Source of the DNA: Longimicrobiales bacterium
GTDB lineage: Bacteria > Gemmatimonadota > Gemmatimonadetes > Longimicrobiales > Gaopeijiaceae
Reading direction: 5' to 3'
Length of the DNA: 64,000 nucleotides
Assembly (NCBI GenBank): GCA_965238005.1
Contig: OZ250165.1
Coordinates: forward strand, 3,264,001-3,328,000
Positions within the stretch are counted from its first letter, which is position 1, and every line of letters starts with the position of its first letter. The notes under the pieces were generated by a model. That model saw only the letters and a list, made by a program, of their open reading frames with translations. It did no database searches and was not told the origin of the DNA. A program made the translations under genes and the position numbers. Shown here piece by piece: positions 1 to 9,866 of this stretch.

Positions 1-547
1 GCAGGAGGACGTCGTGGACGACGAGGTCGTGCGTGCCCACGATGTGTCCGATGGCCGTCTCGTTGGCACCGTAACCCCCCACGAAGATCAGAGCGTCCCC
101 CACCCCGAAGAGGGATGCCATCCTGGCCTCCAGCCGCCGGTGCAGCTCCCGATCCCCGGAGGCGATGCGGCTGGCCCCCACAGAGGTGCCCAGGTACTCG
201 ATGGCTTCCTGGGCCGCGCGGTTCACCCTGGGATGTCCGGAGAGCCCCAGATAGTTGTAGGATCCGTAGTTGATGACCTCCCGGCCCTCAATCCGACTCG
301 TGGGCAGCGGGGAGCCGTCAATCGAGCGGAAGAACGGGTTGTCCTCCCCCATCTCCGCCAACCACTCCTTCTGGCGCCTCAGCTCGGCCATCCCCTCCTG
401 CAGGGATGGGTTCGCCGTGGGGCCGGGATGGGGATGATCGCCCGTGGATCCCGCGGCCGATCCTCTCTTCTTCTTCAGAAGCTCCGCGAGGATCTGTCGT
501 TTCTGGGCCGCCGAGTGGGCGTCGGGTTCGATATCGTCGGTCGGCAC
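1..547 (-). CDS. PLP-dependent alpha-oxoamine synthase (serine palmitoyltransferase / 8-amino-7-oxononanoate synthase family), 3' end outside window
   Basis: Not in the ORF track. Manual translation from GTG 547: MPTDDIEPDAHSAAQKRQILAELLKKKR...NPFF...EVINYGSYNYLGLSGHPRV...GTSVGASRIASG...HRRLE...ALIFVGGYGANETAIGHIVGTHDLVVHD. The SYNYLGL, GASR and GY-AN motifs are typical of the family. Starts 8 bp after the PKS stop. Confidence 0.92.
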   Translation of the reverse strand, partial: MPTDDIEPDAHSAAQKRQILAELLKKKRGSAAGSTGDHPHPGPTANPSLQEGMAELRRQKEWLAEMGEDNPFFRSIDGSPLPTSRIEGREVINYGSYNYLGLSGHPRVNRAAQEAIEYLGTSVGASRIASGDRELHRRLEARMASLFGVGDALIFVGGYGANETAIGHIVGTHDLVVHDVLL

Positions 548-555
548 GCGTGGTC

Positions 556-3500
556 CTACTCCCGCGCCGGCGCCGGCGGATCGTCCAGGAGCTCCTTCAA
601 CAGGGTGTCCACCTCACTGTCACTGAGGGCGTCCAAGTCCACGTCCGTGCCCGCCGCCTCCGAGGCGGTGGCGGGCGCTTCGCTCATCTGCTGGACCACG
701 CGGGTGGAGAGCCCGCCCAGGCTCTCCTGGATGTTGAGCTGAACGAGCGGGCTCCCGGCACCCAGGCCGGCCTCCAGGGCCAGCTCGAGGTCCACGCTCA
801 TGAGGGAGTCCACCCCCATCTCCAGGAGTGTGGTCTCGAGGGAGACCTTCTCGAGGTCCAGGTTCAGAAGCCGACCCAGCGTCTCCTTGAGGAAGTCCTG
901 GGTGACGAGGATGCGGTCCCCGGGGTCGGCCTCGGTGAAGCGCTCCACGAAGCTGCCCGGGCCAGAGGCGGAGTCCTGTCGGTCCACCATGGATGCGGAG
1001 GGGTCGTGATCGTCTAGGACCACCGTCTCTGCCCAGCGGTCCCATCGCACGTCGAAGGCGCCCACGGCCGGCGGCGCGCCGGCAAGGATCTCGCCGAAGC
1101 ACCGGAAGGCCCGGGCCAGAGGCAGTGCCTGGATGCCCCTTGCGGCCAAGTAGTGCCCTACGGCCTCGTCCCGGGCCACCATGCCCGCCTCCGCTATGGC
1201 ACCCCAAGCGATGCTCGTGGCGGGCAGCCCCTGCGCCCGCCGGTACTCCGCGAGGGAGTCCAGGTACACGTTGGCCGCGGCGTAGTTGGCCTGGCCGGCA
1301 TTGCCCAGCATGCCACTCACGGACGAGAAGAGCACGAAGTGATCCAGGGGCAGGCCCAGGCGCATGCTCGACCGGTGGAGGTTCAGGGCACCCAGGGCCT
1401 TGGCGTGGAACGCTGTGGCGAAGGTTTCCTCGGTCTGAAGGTCGACGGGGGCATCTGCCAGGACGGCCGCCGAGTGGAAGATGCCCCGGATGGGCGGCGC
1501 CAGCGCCCTCATCTCCTCCAGGAGAGCGTCGAGGGCCTCGGCATCGCCCACATCACAGGCGCGGCTCCACACGTCGCCGCCGCGCATGCGCGCCTCCTTC
1601 GACAGCGTGTCCAGCGCCGGGCTCTCCGGCGCGCTTCGGGACACGACGACGAGGTGGGTGGCGCCATGGACCGCCAGCCACTTGGCGGTCTCGAGGCCCA
1701 GCCCTCCGTGTCCACCGGTGACGACGTAGGTGGCATTCGCCCGCACCGCGGGTTCATGCACCCGGCGGGGGAGCGCCCACCGGGGTCCTGGGGACAGCTC
1801 CAGGGAGCGCTTGCCGATGTGGGTTCCCTCGGCGAGCCCCCGGAAAACCTCCACCACGTCGTCCGCCGGCCGGCTCTCCACCGGAATCGCGTGGTAATCG
1901 CCCCTCCCGAAGGCCTCCTTGACCTCCTGGGCGACGGCGTAGAAGAGGTCCCGCCGGATGGCCAACATCTGGTCGATGTCCACGGCACCGAAGGTGAGGT
2001 TCCGCTCGAAGTCGGCGAGGGGCAGGCCCTTGTTGGCGCCGATGTCCGCCTTGCCGATCTCCACCAGGCGCCCGAAAGGCGCCAGGACGCGGAGGCTGGC
2101 GTGGAGCAGGGCGTCGGGGAGAAAGTTCAGGACCACGTCCACGCCCCGGCCGTCGGTGGCCTCCAGGACCAGATCCTCGAAGTCGAGGGACCGGGAGTCG
2201 AAGACCGCCTCCACACCCATGTTCTCCAGATAGGCACGCTTTTTCTCCGTGCCAGCGGTGGCGAGGATGCGGGCAGCCGTCGCGCGAGCCACCTGCATGG
2301 CGGCGTGGCCCACACCCTCCGTGGCGGAGTGGAGGAGTACCCACTCGCTCTCCTTCAGACGCCCCACGTGCTTGAGTCCGTAATGGGCCGTGATGAAGGA
2401 GATGGGCAGGACCGCCGACTGCGCCGCGGACAGGGGAAGATCGCCCCAGCTGAGAATGAAGGCGTCTTCGGGCGAGAATGTGGCGTGGCTGCGGACGCCG
2501 CCGCTGCGCAGGCCAACGATGACTCGCTCTCCAACCTCGAAGTCGCTGTCGGGTCCCACGCGCACCACGGTCCCGGCACTTTCCATCCCCAGGGCGCAAT
2601 GGAAGAAGGTGCCGCGCAGGGACTGCTCGGCGATGCGCCCCATGGCCTTGAGCACGTCCTTGAAGTTCAGGGACGCTGCCTCGAAGCGGATCTCTAGTTC
2701 GTCGCCCACGGGCTCGCGCCGGAGGTGTACCCGGTACCGGAGCCCGTCGAGGCTGGGCCGGCGAGGAAGCTCCAGCGCAGCCGAGGCGTCGGCGGGCACG
2801 CTGATGGGGACCTCGTCCAGGGACGCGGCTCCGGTGGATGTCGCCGTGAGCTCGCGGGCAAAGATCTGCCCGTCGCGGACGGCCAGCTCGCCACCGCGGG
2901 GGAGGAGGAGGAGTCCGGCTCCCAGGCGGGCGAGACTCTCCGGGCATCCGTCCACGTCGACGCACGTCACACCCAGCTTCGGCTTCTCCCGCCGGAGGGT
3001 CCGGGCGACGCCCCACAAGGCGGCCTGACCCGGCACGCCGGTGTCCGTCGGCGTGACGCGCCACGCTCCTTGGGTCACGAGCACCAGCCGGGACGCCTTG
3101 CCCCGCCTCTCCAGCTCGCGGGCCGCCCGGATGAACTCCATGGCCGCCCGCGGATCGGGCTGGACGCTCGCGGTGCTCATGAATATGCCGAGAACGGGGC
3201 CGGACGGATCTTCGCCCGCCCCCACGACCGCCTCGGCGAGCGCCTTCAGGCCGGGTGCATCGTCGCCGAAGGCGAGGAACTCGCCAGCCGCTGCGGGGCG
3301 GACTTCCCCGAGGACGTCCCCGCGGAAGTCCCTCCACTCGAAGGCGTGATAGGGAATCCCCACCCGGGCGTCGTCATGAGGTGCCCGCGGAATCCGCTGC
3401 ATCCGGACGCCCTGGAGCTCGAGGAGGGGCGAGCCCTGCTCGTCGAGGAAGACGATGCGTCCGGTCTCCGATCCATCGAACTCGCCTTCCACCCGAATGG

Positions 3501-6500
3501 TGCCGGCCAGAGCGGCCTTGAACCAGGTCACGCGGCCCACGGAGACCGGGACGGGGGGCGCTTCGGTATCCGCGCACGCCAGAGCGAGCAGCTGCAGCCC
3601 GCCGTCCACCAGGGGCGGAGGACAGCGCAGCCCGGGGCCCAGTGTGTGCCCCTCCGGAAGGCACAACACGCCTTGCACCCGGGTCCCGGAGACGCGGGCG
3701 GACTCGATGGTCCGGAAAGACCCCCGATAGTCCAGGCCCATTCCCGCCAGGAGGGAGTACACCTCCTCGCCGGTGTACGAAGTGTGGTCGGTGCCGTCCA
3801 CGGGGGTCAGCCTCCCCACCGAAGACCGGCTCTGACGCACCATCCGGGCCCGGGCGTACAGACGCCATTCCTCGTCATTGGCCAGGTTCCGGGCGTGCAA
3901 CGTCAGTTCGTCACCCGTGGAGGTCGTCCGCAAGGCGAACGTCCCTGTCTCCCCCAAGGGCAGGAGACTCTCGAAATGCACGTCGGAGACGCCGAATCCG
4001 GCCTGGGGATGGAGACTCTCCACAGCGGCGAGGAAGGTCTCCACGTACGCGGCCGCCGGGAAGATGGGTCGCCCGTCCACGACGTGATCCCGGAGGGTGG
4101 ATAGCTCCGCGCTCCCCAGACTCGTCTCCCAGGAGGGCAGCGGGTCGGGGGTCCGGAGCCCCAGGTAGGGATGCTCTCTCTTTCCCCGACGGGCCATCAT
4201 GGACGCGCGGCTTTCCCGCCACAGGTGCTGACGCTGCCAGGGATACGCTGGAAGGTCCGTGCGCCGTCCGGGGAGAAGGTCGTCCCAGCGGCCGGACCGC
4301 CCCCCGCACCAGAGGGCCCCGGCCGTGCGCAGGAGCGAGTCCCTTTCGCCGGAGGGACGGACGAGCGAGGCGTGCACGGCAACTGGATGTCCGGCCCTCC
4401 CGAAGGTTTGCTCGATGGCACCGGAGAGGACCGGATGCGGTCCTATCTCCACGAAGGTCCGGTGTCCCGCGGCGGCCAGGGCGTGCAGAGTATCGTGGAA
4501 GAGCACCGGCTGCCGGACGTTCCGCCACCAATAGCCGGGGTCGTGTACGGCGCCTTCCACTCGGCCTCCCAGGACCGAGGAAAAGAGGTCCACCTCGGGT
4601 GCTGACGGCACTAGTCCGCCCAGGCACTCCAGGAGCTCGGCCTCCAGCCCGTCCATCTGGTGGCTGTGGTACGCCACCTCCCCGAGAACGAGCGTGCTGA
4701 AGATGCCCTGTCCCTCGAGCTCTCGTGCCACCTCGGTCAGCGTCGCCTCATCGCCCGCCAGGACCGTGGAGACGTGGCTGTTGACCGCGCCTACGGAGAT
4801 CTGGCCTGCATAGAGGTCCGCGAGTTCCCGGGCGGTGTCCAGGTCCAGCCCCGTGGCCAGCATCCGTCCCTGTCCGGCCCGGGTCTGCTGGAGGCGGCTC
4901 CTGTGGAAGGCCACGAGGGCCGCGTCCTCCAGGCTGAGGGCGCCGGCGGCCAGGGCCGCACCCACTTCACCCACGCTGTGTCCAACCACGGCGGACGGGA
5001 CGATGCCCCAGTGGCGCAGCAGTGTGGTGAGCCCGTGCTGCAGGACGAAGTTCGCCGGCTGGGCCACTGCGTTGGTCGCCATCCGGGAGGATGCCTCGTC
5101 CTCGAGCATCTCCTCGAGGACCGACCAGCCCGAATGGGATCCAAAGGCGACGTCGGCGGCTTCCAGTGCCTCCCGGAAGACCGGCTCGGAGTCGTGGAGC
5201 TCGCGGCCCATCCCCCACCACTGGGGTCCTATTCCCGTGAAGACGAATACGGGATCCTCCTCCGAGGCGGACCCATCGGCGACGAGCAATGCGGGGTGGG
5301 GGTGCTCGAGAGCCAGAGCCTCCAGGGCGGCGCACGCCGTGTCGCGGTCGGGCGCGACGACGGCGGCCCGGTGGCTCAGGAAGTCCCGGTGACACGCCAG
5401 GGTGTGAGCGATGTCGGCCAGACTCTCGGGACCGCCCAGGGCGGACACCGCCTCCTGGAGATCCAGGGCCCGCTGCCCCAGCGCGCTTCCGCCCTTGGCC
5501 GACAGAAGGAGGAGTGTGGGGCTCGCGACCGCTTCCGCGGGTTCGCATCGGTGTCCCGCGGGGGCCGCCAACGAGTCCGGTGACGGTCCCTGGTGTCGTC
5601 CCAACACCGCGTGGGCGTTGGAACCGCCGAAGCCGAAGGAGTTTACGCAGGCCAATGGGTCGCCGCGGGCCGACGGCAGCGGCGCGGGCGCTCGGGGCAC
5701 CTCCATGTCCCCTGCGCCCAAGGGGAGTCCGGGGTCGATATCGCCGAGGCTCGCCTGGGGCACCGCTTCACCGTGGTAGAGGCACAGCGCCGCCTTGATG
5801 AGGCCCGCCACGCCAGCGCCGGCTTCCTGATGGCCAGTGTTGCCCTTCACCGATCCGACGTACCGGATACCCCCGTCCTGCCTCCCCCCCAGCGTCTGAG
5901 CCAGAGCGGAGACCTCGGTGGGGTCGCCGATGGCCGTGCCCGTCCCGTGGGCCTCGATGAGAACTACGTCGTCCGCCGACTTCCCGCTCTCCGCGAGCAC
6001 AGTCTGGATGAGCTCGGCCTGGGCGTGGCCATCGGGGGACGCGATCCCCGCCGTGCGTCCGTCCTGATTCACCCCCGCCCCGTGCACCAGGGCATAGATG
6101 CGGTCGCGATCCCGGAGCGCCTGAGCGAACGGCCTGAGGATGACCATCCCCGCGCCCTCCCCCCGGGAGTAGCCGTCGGCAGTGACGTCGAAGGCCTTTG
6201 AGCGGGAGTCGGGGGAGAGGAAACCACCCTTGGACATGGCCACGGGCACGGTGGGGTAGAGAAGCACGTTGACGCCGCCCACCAGGGCCGCGTCGGTCCT
6301 ACCACTCCAGAGGTCCTGACAGGCGTAGTGGAAGGCTACCAGGGACGAGGAGCAAGCCGTGTCGATGGTCAGCGACGGGCCCTTGAGGTCGAACACGTGG
6401 GAGAGGCGGTTGGAGAGCATGCCCAGCGTGCTGCTCGTCCCCGTGAACTGGTTCACCTGGTACTGGTTGAGGATGCCGGTCTGGATGATGTAGTTGTCCA

Positions 6501-6975
6501 GGGTGAAGCCCCCGACGTACACGCCCACCCGGCCCTTCTCCCAGGCCGTCACCGGGATGCCCGCGTCCTCGAACGCTTCCCACCCGACCTCGAGGAGGAG
6601 CCGCTGCTGGGGGTCTAGGCTCTCCGCCTCGCGAGGGGAGAAGCCGAAGAACTGCGCGTCGAAGTCCTCCAGTCGGACGCCGGTGAGGAAAGCCGCCTGC
6701 CTGGGTCTCGCCCGACCCTGGACCGAGCCGTCGTCGTCGGTGAAGCGTTCGGCGTCCCAGCGGTCGGCGGGCACATCCGTGAATCCGTCGTCTCCCCGCG
6801 CCAGGAAGTGCCAGAACTTCGAGGGTGACCGAACACCACCAGGGTACCGGCACCCTATGCCGACGATGGCTAGGGCTTCGCGGGGTCCGTGTGTGTTCAG
6901 TCTATCCATGGAGCGCGCGGCAACGACCTGATGGAGGGTCGACGGTGACGGTACGGGTTGCTCTGTGGCACTCAC
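556..6975 (-). CDS. Single-module reducing type I polyketide synthase KS-AT-DH-ER-KR-ACP (no MT, no TE)
   Basis: KS DTACSSSL/HGTGT/GHQE; AT GHSVG...VAYHSH; DH HVVDGRPIFP; ER LNFKD...HSATEGVG; KR TGGHGGLG...LAD...GQANYAAAN; ACP GVDSLM. Start is either GTG 6975 (GTGA overlap with the upstream stop) or ATG 6909. Confidence 0.96.
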   Translation of the reverse strand: MSATEQPVPSPSTLHQVVAARSMDRLNTHGPREALAIVGIGCRYPGGVRSPSKFWHFLARGDDGFTDVPADRWDAERFTDDDGSVQGRARPRQAAFLTGVRLEDFDAQFFGFSPREAESLDPQQRLLLEVGWEAFEDAGIPVTAWEKGRVGVYVGGFTLDNYIIQTGILNQYQVNQFTGTSSTLGMLSNRLSHVFDLKGPSLTIDTACSSSLVAFHYACQDLWSGRTDAALVGGVNVLLYPTVPVAMSKGGFLSPDSRSKAFDVTADGYSRGEGAGMVILRPFAQALRDRDRIYALVHGAGVNQDGRTAGIASPDGHAQAELIQTVLAESGKSADDVVLIEAHGTGTAIGDPTEVSALAQTLGGRQDGGIRYVGSVKGNTGHQEAGAGVAGLIKAALCLYHGEAVPQASLGDIDPGLPLGAGDMEVPRAPAPLPSARGDPLACVNSFGFGGSNAHAVLGRHQGPSPDSLAAPAGHRCEPAEAVASPTLLLLSAKGGSALGQRALDLQEAVSALGGPESLADIAHTLACHRDFLSHRAAVVAPDRDTACAALEALALEHPHPALLVADGSASEEDPVFVFTGIGPQWWGMGRELHDSEPVFREALEAADVAFGSHSGWSVLEEMLEDEASSRMATNAVAQPANFVLQHGLTTLLRHWGIVPSAVVGHSVGEVGAALAAGALSLEDAALVAFHRSRLQQTRAGQGRMLATGLDLDTARELADLYAGQISVGAVNSHVSTVLAGDEATLTEVARELEGQGIFSTLVLGEVAYHSHQMDGLEAELLECLGGLVPSAPEVDLFSSVLGGRVEGAVHDPGYWWRNVRQPVLFHDTLHALAAAGHRTFVEIGPHPVLSGAIEQTFGRAGHPVAVHASLVRPSGERDSLLRTAGALWCGGRSGRWDDLLPGRRTDLPAYPWQRQHLWRESRASMMARRGKREHPYLGLRTPDPLPSWETSLGSAELSTLRDHVVDGRPIFPAAAYVETFLAAVESLHPQAGFGVSDVHFESLLPLGETGTFALRTTSTGDELTLHARNLANDEEWRLYARARMVRQSRSSVGRLTPVDGTDHTSYTGEEVYSLLAGMGLDYRGSFRTIESARVSGTRVQGVLCLPEGHTLGPGLRCPPPLVDGGLQLLALACADTEAPPVPVSVGRVTWFKAALAGTIRVEGEFDGSETGRIVFLDEQGSPLLELQGVRMQRIPRAPHDDARVGIPYHAFEWRDFRGDVLGEVRPAAAGEFLAFGDDAPGLKALAEAVVGAGEDPSGPVLGIFMSTASVQPDPRAAMEFIRAARELERRGKASRLVLVTQGAWRVTPTDTGVPGQAALWGVARTLRREKPKLGVTCVDVDGCPESLARLGAGLLLLPRGGELAVRDGQIFARELTATSTGAASLDEVPISVPADASAALELPRRPSLDGLRYRVHLRREPVGDELEIRFEAASLNFKDVLKAMGRIAEQSLRGTFFHCALGMESAGTVVRVGPDSDFEVGERVIVGLRSGGVRSHATFSPEDAFILSWGDLPLSAAQSAVLPISFITAHYGLKHVGRLKESEWVLLHSATEGVGHAAMQVARATAARILATAGTEKKRAYLENMGVEAVFDSRSLDFEDLVLEATDGRGVDVVLNFLPDALLHASLRVLAPFGRLVEIGKADIGANKGLPLADFERNLTFGAVDIDQMLAIRRDLFYAVAQEVKEAFGRGDYHAIPVESRPADDVVEVFRGLAEGTHIGKRSLELSPGPRWALPRRVHEPAVRANATYVVTGGHGGLGLETAKWLAVHGATHLVVVSRSAPESPALDTLSKEARMRGGDVWSRACDVGDAEALDALLEEMRALAPPIRGIFHSAAVLADAPVDLQTEETFATAFHAKALGALNLHRSSMRLGLPLDHFVLFSSVSGMLGNAGQANYAAANVYLDSLAEYRRAQGLPATSIAWGAIAEAGMVARDEAVGHYLAARGIQALPLARAFRCFGEILAGAPPAVGAFDVRWDRWAETVVLDDHDPSASMVDRQDSASGPGSFVERFTEADPGDRILVTQDFLKETLGRLLNLDLEKVSLETTLLEMGVDSLMSVDLELALEAGLGAGSPLVQLNIQESLGGLSTRVVQQMSEAPATASEAAGTDVDLDALSDSEVDTLLKELLDDPPAPARE

Positions 6976-8153
6976 AGCGCTCGCTCGTAGATCCGCCAGG
7001 ATCTGTACAGGCTGGCGCCGAAGTTGTCCAGTGCCAGGTTCGTTGCCTCGTTGTCCTCGAGGATCCACGAGAACTCAACGTCCTCCACCCCGAAGGTCGA
7101 GGCCCGGCGAACGGCCTCGTACAGGATCAAGGGAAGGACGCCCCCCCGTTGATACCGGGGGAGGATCCCGGTCAACATCGTCCGGACCCAAGGCGTGTGT
7201 CGGCGCGCCCTGAGAATCCTCAGCCAGTTCAGCGGTAGCAGGCGTCCGCTACGCGCCTTCAACATGGCCCGATTGTAGTCCGGAAGAAACAGCCCGAAGC
7301 CCACGAGCTCCCCGTTGGCCGTCGCCGCCACCATCCCGTCCTGCACCATGACGTCCTTCATCTCGTGCGCGATGAAGAGCCACTCGTCCACCTCGAGGGG
7401 CGTGAATCCCCAGTTCCCACTCCACGACTCGCAGTACACTTTCCAGCACTGGCGCATGGCCACTTCGAACTCCGACAGGTCCAGCGGTCCGAGCTCCAGG
7501 CCGAACTTTCCCATCACCCGACGGCTCAGCGTCTCGAACCGGCGGTGTAGATCGGGCACGGTCTCCCCGAGGTGGAGGTGCCACGCGAGGAGATCCTTGG
7601 CCTTCCGATACCCAGCTTCCTCCAGAATCTCCGGGTAGTACGGGGGATTCCACGAGGTCAAGAAGGTCTGGTTGTGCTCGAACCCACTCACCAGGATGCC
7701 GCCTTCGTAGTTGGTGGACGGGTTCCAGGGGCCCACCACAGAGTCGCACCCGTCTTCGCGGAGCCAGGCTTCGGTGACTTCCAGCAAGGCCCGCGCGGCG
7801 TCGGGCCGGTCGGCGCATTCGAAGAAGCCGAAGAAGCCCGGGCGATCGTCTCGGACCTCGTTGCTCCATCCGTTGCGGATGGCCGCCACGCGCCCCAGGG
7901 GGCGCCCTTCCTCCACCGCCAGGAAGAGCGCCCGCTCGGCGTTCCTGAAGAACGGGTTCTTCTTCGGGCTCAGGAGGGCCTTCACGCTCATGCGGAGCGG
8001 CGGGATCCACTGGGGATAAGCGTCGGCGTCGAGAATCTTCCAAGGCGCGTCCACGAAGCGCCGGAGACCGGAAGGCCCGGAGAGGCGGAGGACTTCCATC
8101 AGGTGGATGCGTTCAAGTGGAGGACTCTGGTCCGACGGGGGTTGAGCAGGCAT
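6972..8153 (-). CDS. YghO-like GNAT N-acyltransferase, similar to bacterial ceramide synthase (bCerS)
   Basis: ~390 aa with WIPPL...KNPFF...GRVAAI...GFFGFFE...GPWNPSTNYEGGILVSGF...NPPYYP...SWILEDN, the YghO/bCerS family pattern. Start may be 8153 or 8099. Confidence 0.8.
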   Translation of the reverse strand: MPAQPPSDQSPPLERIHLMEVLRLSGPSGLRRFVDAPWKILDADAYPQWIPPLRMSVKALLSPKKNPFFRNAERALFLAVEEGRPLGRVAAIRNGWSNEVRDDRPGFFGFFECADRPDAARALLEVTEAWLREDGCDSVVGPWNPSTNYEGGILVSGFEHNQTFLTSWNPPYYPEILEEAGYRKAKDLLAWHLHLGETVPDLHRRFETLSRRVMGKFGLELGPLDLSEFEVAMRQCWKVYCESWSGNWGFTPLEVDEWLFIAHEMKDVMVQDGMVAATANGELVGFGLFLPDYNRAMLKARSGRLLPLNWLRILRARRHTPWVRTMLTGILPRYQRGGVLPLILYEAVRRASTFGVEDVEFSWILEDNEATNLALDNFGASLYRSWRIYERAL

Positions 8154-8331
8154 GAAACGGCGGTTGCAAGGTGTCTGCAAAGCTCGATTATTGCCTCTGC
8201 GCGCGGTCCGCGTGGCGGCTGCGCCCAAGTGACCCGCAGGACGGCCCGGCCCCTTCTCGGTCGGGTGCAGGCGGGGACACTTCCCCGCGACTCAGGCCCG
8301 AGGAACGACTCTGACGCGCCACCTACGCTCC

Positions 8332-9681
8332 ATGGCCGGCGGCTACCTGGCCCTTGCGCTCATCTCTGTCCTGCGCATCCCGATGACGGGGACGCTGCGT
8401 ATGGCCGGCGAGCCGGTCATGCTGGCGTGGGAGTTGGTGTGGCGGTTGTCGTTTGCGGCGGGCATGGGTTGGATCGCGTGGCATTGGTGGTCGGCTCTGC
8501 ACCGAGAGGGACGGCCGGAGGGGGGAGACCCGCGGTCTCTGATCGCCGGCACTCTCGGTGTGCATCTGGCAGCCGCGCTCGCCCTCCCGCTCACGTCCTC
8601 CGACCTCTATTCCAATCTCGCGTACGGACATCTGGGGTGGTTAGGCTTCGATGCGTATGCCGTGGGACCCGGCGCGCTCCCGGTGGGCGACCCGTTCCGG
8701 GCCCTGGTGCCGTCTCCGTGGCAGGGGGTGCCCAGCGCGTACGGCCCACTGTTGGACGGTTTCAACCGGTTGGTGACCCTCACCGGCTCCGTGCCCGTGT
8801 CGATGGCCGTGCACAAGCTGATATCCTTCTCCATCGTCGTCGTCTCGGTGATGGTGGCGGCTCGGATCACATCCCGCTTCCTCACCGGGGCTTCCCGCGA
8901 ACGGGCCTTCGTTCTCCTTGCGCTCAACCCCGTGTTCGTGTGGGAGATCAGCGGGCAGTCGCACAACGACGGCCTCATGGTGTTGGCGATCCTCCTCGGC
9001 GTGTACTTCTTGTTGCTGGATCGGACATGGGCGGCTCTCGGGGCTCTGGTGATAGGAGCGCTGGTGAAGGTCGCGACGATCCCCATCCTTGGGCTCTTGC
9101 TCTGCTTGGAGCTTCGTAGGAGGCCCTCTCACGGGATCAGAATGTTGGTCACGTTGATCGGCGCCGGAGCCGCGCTCTGGGGGCTGTGGCCCACGGTCCC
9201 GGCAACGCTGGCGGCTCTGGCGACCAACACCGAGGTGGATCCGTACCGGATAACGAATTCGATCGCTTGGCTGATCCACACCGCGGCCGGCTACGCCGGA
9301 TCCGAGATGCAGGCGGTGGCGTTCCGCACCTGGAGTGCAATCACTGGCCTCGTCCTGCTTCTCGTCGGGGTGCGCGCCGCGCTCCGTACGAGAACGCCGG
9401 AGGACCTGCTGAGAGAAGCGCTCGGCTTCCTGCTCGTTCTTCTTTTCCTAGCGCCTCAGTTCCAGCCCTGGTACATCGCCTGGATCCTCCCTCTCGCGAT
9501 GGTGTCGCGGGAGAGGGCCGTTCCCGGGTTCGTGGCTCTCGTATCGATCCTCTTCGTAGCGCAGTATCCGATCACGCACCGACTGGTGGGATCGGTCACC
9601 ATGGTGTTCGTCCTTTGGACCTACGTGCGGACACCGGGCGTCCCGGGCATACCACGGTGGGGCCAGCAGAAATCGGTGTGA
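8332..9681 (+). CDS. GT-C membrane glycosyltransferase, MptA/MptB-like polyprenol-phosphate-mannose-dependent mannosyltransferase
   Basis: Polytopic; SSDLYSNLAYG, SAYGPL, NP....ISGQSHNDGLM, and QPWY..W motifs. Confidence 0.75.
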   Translation: MAGGYLALALISVLRIPMTGTLRMAGEPVMLAWELVWRLSFAAGMGWIAWHWWSALHREGRPEGGDPRSLIAGTLGVHLAAALALPLTSSDLYSNLAYGHLGWLGFDAYAVGPGALPVGDPFRALVPSPWQGVPSAYGPLLDGFNRLVTLTGSVPVSMAVHKLISFSIVVVSVMVAARITSRFLTGASRERAFVLLALNPVFVWEISGQSHNDGLMVLAILLGVYFLLLDRTWAALGALVIGALVKVATIPILGLLLCLELRRRPSHGIRMLVTLIGAGAALWGLWPTVPATLAALATNTEVDPYRITNSIAWLIHTAAGYAGSEMQAVAFRTWSAITGLVLLLVGVRAALRTRTPEDLLREALGFLLVLLFLAPQFQPWYIAWILPLAMVSRERAVPGFVALVSILFVAQYPITHRLVGSVTMVFVLWTYVRTPGVPGIPRWGQQKSV

Positions 9682-9866
9682 GGCCACGCGGTCCATCATT
9701 GGATCCCCGCCTCCTTGGCACGTGCCGTTGGACCAGCCCCCTATCCCTTTCCCTATCCCTGAGGTGCCCGTTAGAGTGTGGGGATGCGGGTGCAGGGGCA
9801 CCCCCTTTCGGCGCAAAGCTAGCTTCGGGTCCGGTTTCCAACCAACCGAATGTGGAGTCCCCCAGC

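Noticed and set aside
1..547. Housekeeping bioF
   Set aside because: No bio genes are visible, and the gene is coupled to a PKS with a docking-like extension. It cannot be fully excluded because the gene is truncated.
14..6931. Long plus-strand ORFs (14-742, 1153-2697, 2725-4104 and others)
   Set aside because: They are antisense shadows of the AOS and PKS genes in high-GC DNA, with no recognisable motifs.
9186..9866. N-terminal extensions in the ORF track (9186, also 31979, 35415, 45017, 20171, 51957)
   Set aside because: They overlap real neighbouring genes; the domain starts, signal peptides and stop/start overlaps point to later starts.
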